Assembly: GCA_964016885.1 (NCBI GenBank)
Contig: OZ024741.1
Span: 175,150,001-175,214,000, forward strand
DNA length: 64,000 nucleotides
Source: Eledone cirrhosa
Taxonomy: Eukaryota
Direction of reading: 5' to 3'
Shown here: positions 14,901-29,265 of the stretch, one piece after another
Position numbering within the stretch: position 1 is the first letter of the stretch
Layout: each line of letters starts with the position of its first letter
Position numbers and translations under genes: made by a program
The notes under the pieces: generated by a model
Database searches by the model: none
What the model saw: the letters and a program-made list of their open reading frames with translations, nothing else
Told to the model about the DNA's origin: nothing

Positions 14901-17900
14901 TAGATCCATTGTTTACATCTATATAATAAGACATCACAGATTGTTAGTTAAAACTTCATTGTTTACATCTATATAACAAGATATCATAGATTGTTAGCTA
15001 ACACTCGATTGTTTACATCTATATAACAAGTCATCACAGATTGTTGGTGAAAACTTCATTGTTTACATCTATATAACAAGATATCATAGATTGTTAGCTA
15101 ACACTCGATTGTTTACATCTATATAACAAGTCATCACAGATTGTTGGTTAAAACTTCATTGTTTACATCTATATAACAAGACATCACAGATTGTTAGTTA
15201 AAACTTCATTGTCATCACAGATTATTAGTTAAAACTTCATTGTCATCACAGATTGTTAGTTAAAACTTCATTGTTTACGTCTAAATAACAACACATCACA
15301 GATTGCTAGTTAAAACTTTATTCTTTACATCTATGTAAGAAGTCATCACAGATTGTTAGTTAAGCCTTCATTGTTTACATCTATAAAACAAGATATCACA
15401 CATTGTTAGTTAAAACTTGATTGTTTACATCTATATAACAAGACAGCACAGATTGTTAGTTAAAACTATTGTTTACGTCTATATAACAAGATATCACAGA
15501 TTGTTAGTTAAAACTTCATTGTTTACATCTATATAACAAGACATCATAGATTGTTAGTTAAAACTATTGTTTACATCTATATAACAATATAACACACATT
15601 GTTAGTTAAAACTTCATTGTTTACATATATATAACAAGTCATCATCGTTTATTAGTTAAAACTACATTGTTTACATCTATATAACAAGTCATCACAGAAT
15701 GTTAATTAAAACTTCATTGTTTACATCTATATAACAAGATATCACAGATCGTTAGTTAAAACTACATTGCTTACATCTATATAACAAGTCATCATAGATT
15801 GTTAGTTGAAACTACATTGTTTACATCTATATAACAAGACATCAGAGATTGTTAGTTAAAACTATATTGTTTAAATGTATATAGCATGTCATCACAGATT
15901 ATTAGTTAAAACTATTGTTTAAATCTATATAACAAGATACCACAGATTGTTAGTTAAAAGTCCATTGTTTACATCTATATAACAAGACATCATAGATTGT
16001 CAGTTAAAATTTCATTGTTTACATCTATATAACAAGATATCACAGATCGTTAGTTAAAACTACATTGTTTATATCTATATAACAAGTCATCAAAGATTGT
16101 TAGTTAAAACTACATAGTTTAAATCTATATAACAAGACATCATAGATTGTTAGTTAAAACTACATTGTTTAAATCTATATAGCAAGTCATCACAGATTGT
16201 TAGTTAAAACTACATTGTTTACATCTATAAAAGAAAACATGATAGATGGTTAATTAAAACTACATTGTTTACATCTATATAACAAGACATCATAGATTGT
16301 TAGTTAAAACTACATTGTTTATATCTATATAACAAGAGATCATAGATTGTTAGTTAAAACTTCATTGATTACATCTATATAACAAGACAGCACAGATTGC
16401 TAGTTAAAACTTTATTCTTTACATCTATATAAGAAGTCATCACAGACTATTAGTTAAGCCTTTATTGTTTAAATCTATATAACAAGATATCACAGATTGT
16501 TAGTTAAAACTTGATTGTGTACATCTATATAACAGTAGAGCACAGCTTTTTAGTTAAAACTATAGTTTACGTCTATATAACAAGGTATCACAGATTGTTA
16601 GTTAACACTTTTGTTTACATCTATATAACAATATAACACACATTGTTAGTTAAAACTACATTGTTTACATCTATATAACAGGGCATCATAGATTGTTAGT
16701 TAAAACAACATTATTTACATCTATATAACAAGATATTACATATTGATAGTTAAAAGTATTGTTTACATCTATATAACAACATAACACACATTGTTAGTTA
16801 AAACTTCATTATTTACATCTATATAACAAGTCATCACAGAATGTTAGTTAAAACTACATTGTTTACATCTATATAACAAAACATCACAGATTGCTAGTTA
16901 TAGATTGTTAGTTAAAAGTCAATTGTTTACATCTATATAACAAGATATCACAGATCGTTAGTTAAAACTACATTGTTTACATCTATATAACAGGTCATCA
17001 CAGATTGTTAGTTAAAACTTCATTGTTTGCATCTAAATAACAAGTCATCACAGATTGTTAGTTAAAACTTTATTATTTACATCTATATAACAAGTCATCA
17101 CAGATTGTTAGTTAAAACTTCATTGTTTGCATCTATATAACAAGACATCAAAGATTGTTAGTTAACACTACATTGTTTAAATATATATAGCAAGTCATCA
17201 CAGATTGATAGTTAAAAGTCCATTGTTTACATCTATATAACAAGACATCAGAGATTTTTAGTTAAACCTTCATTGTTTACATATATACAACAAGACATCA
17301 TAGATTGTTAGCTAAAACTTCATTGTTTGTATCTATATAACAATATAGCACACATTGTTAGTTAAAACTTCATTGTGTACATCTATATAACAAGTCATCA
17401 CAGAATGTTAGTTAAAACTTCATTGTTTACATCTATACAACAAGATATTACAGATCGTTAGTTAAAACTACATTGTTTATATCTATATAACAAGTCACCA
17501 CAGATTGTGAGTTAAACCTTCATTGTTTACATCTATATAACAAAACATCACAGATTGCTAGTTATAGATTGTTAGTTACAGACCATTGTTTACATCTATA
17601 TAACAAGGCATCATAGATTCTTAGTTAAAACTTCATTGTTTATATCTTTATAACAAGACATCACGGATTGTTAGCTAAAACCTGATTGGTTACATCTATA
17701 TAACAAGAAATCACAGATTGTTAGTTAAAATGTCATTCTTCACATCTATATAACAAAGCATCACAGATTGTCAGTTAAAACTATTGTTTACATCTATATA
17801 ACAAGATATCACAGATCGTTAGTTAAAACTTCATTGTTTACATCTATATAACAAATCATCACAGATTGTTAGTTAAAACTTCATTGTTTACATCTATATA

Positions 17901-20900
17901 ACAAGACATCAAAGATTGTTAGTTAAAACTTCATTGTTTACATCTTATAACAAGACATCATAGATTGTTAGTTGAAACTACATTGTTTACATCTATATAA
18001 CAAGACATCAGAGATTCTTAGTTAAAACTTCATTGTTTACATCTATATAAGAAGACATCATAGATTGTTAGTTAAAACTATTGTTTACATCTATATAACA
18101 ATATAACACACATTGTTAGTTAAAACTTCATTGTTTACATTTATATAACAAGTCATCATCGTTTATTAGTTAAAACTACATTGTTTACATCTATATAACA
18201 AGTCATCACAGAATGTTAATTAAAACTTCATTGTTTACATCTATATAACAAGATATCACAGATCGTTAGTTAAAACTACATTGCTTACATCTATATAACA
18301 AGTCATCATAGATTGTTAGTTGAAACTACATTGTTTACATCTATATAACAAGACATCAGAGATTGTTAGTTAAAACTATATTGTTTAAATGTATATAGCA
18401 TGTCATCGCAGATTGTTAGTTAAAACTATTGTTTACATCTATATAACAAGATACCACAGATTGTTAGTTAAAAGTCCATTGTTTACATCTATATAACAAG
18501 ACATCATAGATTGTCAGTTAAAATTTCATTGTTTACATCTATATAACAAGATATCACAGATCGTTAGTTAAAACTACATTGTTTATATCTAAATAACAAG
18601 TCATCACAGATTGTTAGTTAAAACTACATAGTTTAAATCTATATAACAAGACATCATAGATTGTTAGTTAAAACTACATTGTTTAAATCTATATAGCAAG
18701 TCATCACAGATTGTTAGTTAAAACTACATTGTTTACATCTATAAAAGAAAACATGATAGATGGTTAATTAAAACTACATTGTTTACATCTATATAACAAG
18801 ACATCATAGATTGTTAGTTAAAACTACATTGTTTATATCTATATAACAAGAGATCATAGATTGTTAGTTAAAACTTCATTGATTACATCTATATAACAAG
18901 ACAGCACAGATTGCTAGTTAAAACTTTATTCTTTACATCTATATAAGAAGTCATCACAGACTATTAGTTAAGCCTTTATTGTTTATATCTATATAACAAG
19001 ATATCACAGATTGTTAGTTAAAACTTGATTGTGTACATCTATATAACAGTAGAGCACAGCTTTTTAGTTAAAACTATAGTTTACGTCTATATAACAAGGT
19101 ATCACAGATTGTTAGTTAACACTTTTGTTTACATCTATATAACAATATAACACACATTGTTAGTTAAAACTACATTGTTTACATCTATATAACAAGGCAT
19201 CATAGATTGTTAGTTAAAACAACATTATTTACATCTATATAACAAGATATTACAGATTGATAGTTAAAAGTATTGTTTACATCTATATAACAACATAACA
19301 CACATTGTTAGTTAAAACTTCATTATTTACATCTATATAACAAGTCATCACAGAATGTTAGTTAAAACTACATTGTTTACATCTATATAACAAAACATCA
19401 CAGATTGCTAGTTATAGATTGTTAGTTAAAAGTCCATTGTTTACATCTATATAACAAGATATCACAGATCGTTAGTTAAAACTACATTGTTTACATCTAT
19501 ATAACAAGTCATCACAGATTGTTAGTTAAAACTTCATTGTTTGCATCTAAATAACAAGTCATCACAGATTGTTAGTTAAAACTTTATTATTTACATCTAT
19601 ATAACAAGTCATCACAGATTGTTAGTTAAAACTTCATTGTTTGCATCTATATAACAAGACATCAAAGATTGTTAGTTAACACTACATTGTTTAAATATAT
19701 ATAGCAAGTCATCACAGATTGATAGTTAAAAGTCCATTGTTTACATCTATATAACAAGACATCAGAGATTTTTAGTTAAACCTTCATTGTTTACATATAT
19801 ATAACAAGACATCATAGATTGTTAGCTAAAACTTCATTGTTTGTATCTATATAACAATATAGCACACATTGTTAGTTAAAACTTCATTGTGTACATCTAT
19901 ATAACAAGTCATCACAGAATGTTAGTTAAAACTTCATTGTTTACATCTATACAACAAGATATTACAGATCGTTAGTTAATACTACATTGTTTATATCTAT
20001 ATAACAAGTCACCACAGATTGTGAGTTAAACCTTCATTGTTTACATCTATATAACAAAACATCACAGATTGCTAGTTATAGATTGTTAGTTAAAGACCAT
20101 TGTTTACATCTATATAACAAGGCATCATAGATTCTTAGTTAAAACTTCATTGTTTATATCTTTATAACAAGACATCACAGATTGTTAGATAAAACCTGAT
20201 TGGTTACATCTATATAACAAGAAATCACAGATTGTTAGTTAAAATGTCATTCTTCACATCTATATAACAAAGCATCACAGATTGTCAGTTAAAACTATTG
20301 TTTACATCTATATAACAAGATATCACAAATCGTTAGTTAAAACTACATTGTTTACATCTATATAACAAATCATCACAGATTGTTAGTTAAAACTTCATTG
20401 TTTACATCTATATAACAAGACATCACAGATCGCTAGTTAAAACTTCATTATTTACATCTATATAACAAGATATCACAGAATGTTAGTTAAAACTACATTG
20501 TTTCCATCTATATAACAAGTGATCATAGATTGTTAGTGAAAACTACATTGGTTACATCTATATAACAAGACATCAGAGATTGTTGGTTAAAACTACATTT
20601 TTAAAATCTATATAGCAAGTCATGACAGATTGTTATTTAAAACTATTGTTTACATCTATATAACAAGATACCACAGATTGTAAGTTAAAAGTCCATTGTT
20701 TACATCTATATAACAAGACATAGTAGATTATTAGTTAAAACTACATTGTTTACATCTATATAACAAGTCATCACAGAATGTTAATTAAAACTTCATTGTT
20801 TACATCTATATAACAAGATATCACAGATCGTTAGTTAAAACTACATTGCTTACATCTATATAACAAGTCATCATAGATTGTTAGTTGAAACTACATTGTT

Positions 20901-23900
20901 TACATCTATATAACAAGACATCAGAGATTGTTAGTTAAAACTATATTGTTTAAATGTATATAGCATGTCATCGCAGATTGTTAGTTAAAACTATTGTTTA
21001 CATCTATATAACAAGATACCACAGATTGTTAGTTAAAAGTCCATTGTTTACATCTATATAACAAGACATCATAGATTGTCAGTTAAAATTTCATTGTTTA
21101 CATCTATATAACAAGATATCACAGATCGTTAGTTAAAACTACATTGTTTATATCTATATAACAAGTCATCACAGATTGTTAGTTAAAACTACATAGTTTA
21201 AATCTATATAACAAGACATCATAGATTGTTAGTTAAAACTACATTGTTTAAATCTATATAGCAAGTCATCACAGATTGTTAGTTAAAACTACATTGTTTA
21301 CATCTATAAAAGAAAACATGATAGATGGTTAATTAAAACTACATTGTTTACATCTATATAACAAGACATCATAGATTGTTAGTTAAAACTACATTGTTTA
21401 TATCTATATAACAAGAGATCATAGATTGTTAGTTAAAACTTCATTGATTACATCTATATAACAAGACAGCACAGATTGCTAGTTAAAACTTTATTCTTTA
21501 CATCTATATAAGAAGTCATCACAGACTATTAGTTAAGCCTTTATTGTTTATATCTATATAACAAGATATCACAGATTGTTAGTTAAAACTTGATTGTGTA
21601 CATCTATATAACAGTAGAGCACAGCTTTTTAGTTAAAACTATAGTTTACGTCTATATAACAAGGTATCACAGATTGTTAGTTAACACTTTTGTTTACATC
21701 TATATAACAATATAACACACATTGTTAGTTAAAACTACATTGTTTACATCTATATAACAAGGCATCATAGATTGTTAGTTAAAACAACATTATTTACATC
21801 TATATAACAAGATATTACAGATTGATAGTTAAAAGTATTGTTTACATCTATATAACAACATAACACACATTGTTAGTTAAAACTTCATTATTTACATCTA
21901 TATAACAAGTCATCACAGAATGTTAGTTAAAACTACATTGTTTACATCTATATAACAAAACATCACAGATTGCTAGTTATAGATTGTTAGTTAAAAGTCC
22001 ATTGTTTACATCTATATAACAAGATATCACAGATCGTTAGTTAAAACTACATTGTTTACATCTATATAACAAGTCATCACAGATTGTTAGTTAAAACTTC
22101 ATTGTTTGCATCTAAATAACAAGTCATCACAGATTGTTAGTTAAAACTTTATTATTTACATCTATATAACAAGTCATCACAGATTGTTAGTTAAAACTTC
22201 ATTGTTTGCATCTATATAACAAGACATCAAAGATTGTTAGTTAACACTACATTGTTTAAATATATATAGCAAGTCATCACAGATTGATAGTTAAAAGTCC
22301 ATTGTTTACATCTATATAACAAGACATCAGAGATTTTTAGTTAAACCTTCATTGTTTACATATATATAACAAGACATCATAGATTGTTAGCTAAAACTTC
22401 ATTGTTTGTATCTATATAACAATATAGCACACATTGTTAGTTAAAACTTCATTGTGTACATCTATATAACAAGTCATCACAGAATGTTAGTTAAAACTTC
22501 ATTGTTTACATCTATACAACAAGATATTACAGATCGTTAGTTAATACTACATTGTTTATATCTATATAACAAGTCACCACAGATTGTGAGTTAAACCTTC
22601 ATTGTTTACATCTATATAACAAAACATCACAGATTGCTAGTTATAGATTGTTAGTTAAAGACCATTGTTTACATCTATATAACAAGGCATCATAGATTCT
22701 TAGTTAAAACTTCATTGTTTATATCTTTATAACAAGACATCACAGATTGTTAGATAAAACCTGATTGGTTACATCTATATAACAAGAAATCACAGATTGT
22801 TAGTTAAAATGTCATTCTTCACATCTATATAACAAAGCATCACAGATTGTCAGTTAAAACTATTGTTTACATCTATATAACAAGATATCACAAATCGTTA
22901 GTTAAAACTACATTGTTTACATCTATATAACAAATCATCACAGATTGTTAGTTAAAACTTCATTGTTTACATCTATATAACAAGACATCACAGATCGCTA
23001 GTTAAAACTTCATTATTTACATCTATATAACAAGATATCACAGAATGTTAGTTAAAACTACATTGTTTCCATCTATATAACAAGTGATCATAGATTGTTA
23101 GTGAAAACTACATTGGTTACATCTATATAACAAGACATCAGAGATTGTTGGTTAAAACTACATTTTTAAAATCTATATAGCAAGTCATGACAGATTGTTA
23201 TTTAAAACTATTGTTTACATCTATATAACAAGATACCACAGATTGTAAGTTAAAAGTCCATTGTTTACATCTATATAACAAGACATAGTAGATTATTAGT
23301 TAAAACTACATTGTTTACATCTATATAACAAGTCATCACACATTGTAAGAGTTAAGACTTCATTGTTTACATATATATAACAAGATATCACAGATCGTTA
23401 GTTACATCTTCATTATTTACATCTATATAACAAGATATCACAGATTGTTAGCTAAAACTCGATTGTTTACATCTATATAACAAGTCATCACAGATTGTTA
23501 GTTAAAACTTCATTGTTTACATCTATATAACAAGACATCAAAGATTGTTAGTTAAAACTATTCTTTACATCTATATAACATGTCATCACAGATTGTTAGT
23601 TAAAACTTCATTGTTTACGTCTAAATAACAACACATCACAGATTGCTAGTTAAAACTTTAATCTTTACATCTATATAAGTAGTCATCACAGATTGTTAGT
23701 TAAGCCTTCATTGTTTACATCTATATAACAAGATATCAGACATTATTAGTTAAAACTTGATTGTTTACATCTATATAACAAGACAGAACAGATTGTTAGT
23801 TAAAACTATTGTTTAAATCTATATAACAATATAACACATATTGTTAGTTAAGACTTCATTGTTTACATTTATATAACAAGACAGCATCGTTTATTAGATA

Positions 23901-25613
23901 AAACTACATTGTATACATCTATATAACAAGATATCACAGAATCTTAGATAAAACTTCATTGTTTACTTCTATATAACAAGATATCACAGATAGTTAGTTA
24001 AAACTATATTGTTTACATCTATATGACAAGTCATCACAGATTGTTAGTTAAAACTTCATTGTTTGCATCTATGTAACAAGTCATCACAGATTGTTAGTTA
24101 AAATTTTATTGTTTACATCTATATAACAAGACATCACAGAGTGCTAGTTAAAACTTCATTATTTACATCTATATAACAAGTCATCATAGATTGTTAGTTG
24201 AGACTACATTGTTTACATCTATATAACAAGACATCAGAGATTGTTAGTTAAAACTATATTGTTTAAATCTATATAACAAGTCATCACAGATTGTTAGTTA
24301 AAACTTCATTGTTTACATCTATATAACAAGACATCAAAGATTGTTAGTTAAAACTATTCTTTACATCTATATAACATGTCATCACAGATTGTTAGTTAAA
24401 ACTTCATTGTTTACGTCTAAATAACAACACATCACAGATTGCTAGTTAAAACTTTAATCTTTACATCTATATAAGTAGTCATCACAGATTGTTAGTTAAG
24501 CCTTCATTGTTTACATCTATATAACAAGATATCAGACATTATTAGTTAAAACTTGATTGTTTACATCTATATAACAAGACAGAACAGATTGTTAGTTAAA
24601 ACTATTGTTTAAATCTATATAACAATATAACACATATTGTTAGTTAAGACTTCATTGTTTACATTTATATAACAAGACAGCATCGTTTATTAGATAAAAC
24701 TACATTGTATACATCTATATAACAAGATATCACAGAATCTTAGATAAAACTTCATTGTTTACTTCTATATAACAAGATATCACAGATAGTTAGTTAAAAC
24801 TATATTGTTTACATCTATATGACAAGTCATCACAGATTGTTAGTTAAAACTTCATTGTTTGCATCTATGTAACAAGTCATCACAGATTGTTAGTTAAAAT
24901 TTTATTGTTTACATCTATATAACAAGACATCACAGAGTGCTAGTTAAAACTTCATTATTTACATCTATATAACAAGTCATCATAGATTGTTAGTTGAGAC
25001 TACATTGTTTACATCTATATAACAAGACATCAGAGATTGTTAGTTAAAACTATATTGTTTAAATCTATATAACAAGTCATCACAGCTTGTAAGAGTTAAG
25101 ACTTCATTGTTTTCATCTATATAACAAGACATCATAGATTGTTAGTTAAAACTACATTGTTTATATCTATATAACAAGACATCACAGATTGTTAGTTAAA
25201 ACGTCATTCTTTACATCTATATAACAAGACTTCAGAGATTGTCAGTTAAAACTATTGTTTACATCTATATAACAATATAACAGTTAAAACTATATTGTTT
25301 AAATCTATATAACAAGTCATCACAGCTTGTAAGAGTTAAGACTTCATTGTTTTCATCTATATAACAAGACATCATAGATTGTTAGTTAAAACTACATTGT
25401 TTACATCTATATAACAATACATCACAGAAAGTTATTTAAAACTTCATTGTTTACATCTATATAACAAGTCATCACAGATTGTTAGTTAAAACTTCATTGT
25501 TTGCATCTATATAACAACCCATCACAGATTGTTAGTTAAAACTATTTTGTTTACATCTATATAACAAAACATCACAGATTGCTAGTTAGAACATCATTAT
25601 TTACATCTATATA

Positions 25614-25800
25614 GGACGGTGGATTGGCAGTATCGGTAAGGGTCGGACGCCATGCTTTGAAGCATAGAGTTACCTCCCTTTATGATCTGAGTTCAAATCC
25701 CGCCGAGGTTAACTTTGCCTTTCATCCTTACGGGGTCGATAAAATAAAGTACCAGTAATGCACTGAAATAATTGCTGGCCTTGTGCCAAAAGTAGAAACA
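25614..25800 (+). mobile_element. SINE family A inserted in the satellite, 18-bp TSD
   Basis: TSD attatttacatctatata at 25596-25613 and 25801-25818. Confidence 0.92.
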
Positions 25801-28035
25801 ATTATTTACATCTATATAACAAGATATCACAGAATGTTAGTTAAAACTACATTATTTAAATCTATATAATAAGATATCACAGATCGTGAGTTAAAACTAC
25901 ATTGTTTATATCTATATAACAAGTCATCACAGATTGTTAGTTAAAACTACATTGTTTAAACCTATATAACAAGACATCACAGATTGTTAGTTAAAACTTC
26001 ATTATTAACATCTATATAACAAGATATCACAGATCGTGAGTTAAAACTACATTGTTTATATCTATATAACAAGTCATCACAGATTGTTAGTTAAAACTAC
26101 ATTGTTTAAACCTATATAACAAGACATCACAGATTGTTAGTTAAAACTACATTGTTTACATCTATATAACAAGATATCATAGATTGTTAGTTAAAACTTC
26201 ATTGTTTGTATCTATATAACAAGACATCATAGATTGTTAGTTAAAACTACATTGTTTATATTTATATCACAGGACATCATAGATTGTTAGTTAAAACTTC
26301 ATTGATGACATCTATATAACAAGAGATCAGAGATTGTAACAGTTGAAACTATTGTTTACATCTATATAACAAGTCATCACAGATTGTTAGTTAAAACTAC
26401 ATTGTTTACATCTATATAACAAGACATCATAGATTATTAGTTAAAACTATTGTTTACATCTATATAACAACATAACACACATTGTTAGTTAAAACTTCAT
26501 TGTTTACATCTATATAACAAGTCATCACAGAATGTTAGTTAAAACTTCATTGTTTACATGTACATAACAAAACATCACAGATTGCTAGTTATAGATTGTT
26601 AGTTAAAAGTCCATTGTTTACAACTATATAACAAGACATAACAGATTGTTAGTTAAAACTTCATTGTTTGCATCTATATAACAAGATATCACATATCGAT
26701 AGTTAAAACTACATTGTTTACATCCATATAACAAGTCATCACAGATTGTTAGTTAAAACTTCATTGTTTGCATCTATATAACAAGTCATCACAGATTGTC
26801 AGTTAAAACTTTATTATTTACATCTATATAACAAGATATCACAAAATGTTAGTTAAAACTACATTGTTTGTATCTATATAACAAGTCATCACAGATTGTA
26901 AGTTTAAAAACCATTGTTTCCATCTATATAACAAGACAGCATAGATTGACAGTTAAAACTTCATTGTTTGTATCTATATAACAAGACATCATAGATTGTT
27001 AGTTTAAACTACATTGTTTATATCTATATAACAAGACATCATAGATTGTTAGTTAAAACTTCATTGATTACATCTATATAACAAGACATCAGAGATTATT
27101 AGGTAAAACTATTGTTTACAATTATATAACAGTATAACACACATTGTTAGCTGAAACTACATTGTTTACATCTATATAACAAGTCATCACAGATTGTAAG
27201 AGTTAAGACTTCATTGTTTACATCTATATAACAAGTCATCACAGATTGTTAGTTAAAATTTCATTGTTTTCACCCATATAACAAGACATCACAGATTGTA
27301 ACAGTTAAAACTATTGTTTACATCTATATAACAACTCATCAAAGATTGTTAGTTAAAACTTCATTGTTTACATCTATATAAGACACCACAGATTGTTAGT
27401 TAAAACTTCATTGTTTATATCTATATAACAAGACATCACAGATTGTAACAGTTGAAACTATTGTTTACATCTATATAACAAGTCATCATAGATTGCTAGT
27501 TAAAAGTTCATTGTTTACATCTATATAACAAGATATCACAGATTGTTAGTTAAAACTTGTCTGTTTACATTTATATAACAAGACATCACAGATTGTTAGT
27601 TAAAACTTCATTGTTTGAATCTATATAACAAGACATCATATATTGTAACAGTTAAAACTACATTGTTTACATCTATATCACAGATTGTTAGTTAAAACTA
27701 CCTTGTTTACATCTATATAACAAGACATCACAGATTGTTAGTTAAAACTACATTGTTTACATCTCTATAACAAGATATCACAGATTGTTAGTTAAAACTA
27801 CATTGTTTACATCTATATAACAATACATCACAGATTATTAGTTAAAACTACATAACAGTATAACACACATTGTTAGCTGAAACTACATTGTTTACATCTA
27901 TATAACAAGTCATCACAGATTGTAAGAGTTAAGACTTCATTGTTTATAACAAGATATCACATATTGTTAGTTAAAACTACATTGTTTACATCTATATAAC
28001 AAGTCATCACAGATTGTTTACATCTATATAACAAG

Positions 28036-28220
28036 GGCGGTGGATTGGCAGTATCGGTAGAGGGTCGGACGCCATGCTTTCTAGCATAGTTACGTCCCTT
28101 TACGATCTGAGTTCAAATCCCGCCGAGGTTGACTTTGCCTTTCATCCTTACGGGGTCGTTAAAATAAAGTACCAGTGAGGCACTGGGTAGTTGCTGGCCT
28201 TGTGCCTAAAGTAGAAACAA
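28036..28220 (+). mobile_element. SINE family A inserted in the satellite
   Basis: Full head ggcggtggattggcagtatcgg to tail gtagaaacaa; the TSD is obscured by a local deletion. Confidence 0.9.
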
Positions 28221-28885
28221 TTGTTAGTTAAAACTACATTGTTTACATCTATATAACAAGATATCACAGATTGTTAGTTCAAACTTCATTGTATACCTTT
28301 ATATAACAATATATCACAGATTGTTAGTTAAAACTTCATTGTTTACATCTATATAACAAGATATCACAGATTGTTAGTTATAACTACCTTGTTTACAACA
28401 TGACATCAGAGATTGTAATAGTTAAAAGTTCATTATTTACATCTATATACCAAGATATCACAGATTGTAACAGTTAAAAGTTCATTGTTTAGATCTATAT
28501 AACAAGATATCACAGATTGTAACAGTTAAAAGTTCATTGTTTACATCAGTGTTTCTCAACCTTTTTGACCCCCGGGCCTACTTTTAGCTCCCGAAAAATG
28601 TCCGGGTCCACTTATTTTACAAGCGTAACCGGGTGCTCAAAAACTATTCCGGACTATAACCCCCACATGATGTTTATACTAGTGCTTCTCAATCTTTTTG
28701 TTCTCCCGGCCCACTTTACTCCCTACTAATTACCAGGGTCAGTGCTTAAAGAACATTCTGGAACACTTACCCCATATGATCCCGACTGCATTTAAATTTC
28801 ACGAGTGAAGAACACGAATTCTTGATAAAAAATCAATAAAAAATAAGAACAAGTTTAATGGTCAACAATGCTCAATTGCTCAGTG

Positions 28886-29020
28886 CTAGTGGCTGCACTG
28901 CTCCTGATGTCTTTCAACAAGACTGTCGATTTGGACTTCAAAGGATTGCTTCTACTTGAGCCGCAAATCTCCCCGGTTGATGGTTTGAAGAAGGTTTCTT
29001 TTTCTCAAAAAAATATCATT
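28886..29020 (-). pseudogene. C-terminal remnant of a Buster/Charlie-type hAT transposase
   Basis: Manual translation NDIFLRKRNLLQTINRGDLRLK*KQSFEVQIDSLVERHQEQCSH* resembles the K.RN.L....DLRL.......I..L....Q...SH terminus of this family. Confidence 0.7.
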
Positions 29021-29033
29021 TAGCGTATATTTT

Positions 29034-29265
29034 TTAGGGTTAGGGTTAGGGTTATGGTTGGGTTAGGGTTCGGTTAGGGTTGGGTTAGGGTTAGGATTTG
29101 GTTAGGGTTTGGTTAGAGTTAGGGTTATATTTAAGGTTTGGGTTAAGGTTGGGTTAGAGTTAGGGTTATTTTTTAGGTTTAGGGTTAGGGTTGTGTTGGG
29201 TTAGGGTTGGGTTAGGGTTAGGGTTGAATTAACCCTAACCCTAACCCTAAAAAATAACCCTAACC
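29034..29265. repeat. Interstitial telomere-like (TTAGGG)n with an inverted (CCCTAA)n arm
   Basis: Degenerate ttaggg 29034-29225, then gaatt, then aaccctaa repeats 29231-29265. Confidence 0.9.

Larger units (their letters stand above)
1950..20745. repeat. Tandem segmental duplication, unit 9,374 bp (copy 1 ~1950-11320; copy 2 ~11325-20745)
   Basis: Identical ORF translations at 2819/12193, 3174/12548, 3630/13004 and 5152/14526, all offset by 9374. The satellite marker catgatagatgg at 6864/16238 has the same offset. Only scattered differences were seen. Confidence 0.95.

Noticed and set aside
29034-29265. Head-to-head telomere repeats as a chromosome fusion scar
   Set aside because: The CCCTAA arm mirrors the adjacent variant ttattttttagg, so it is a local fold-back, and it lies inside a TSD-bounded transposon.
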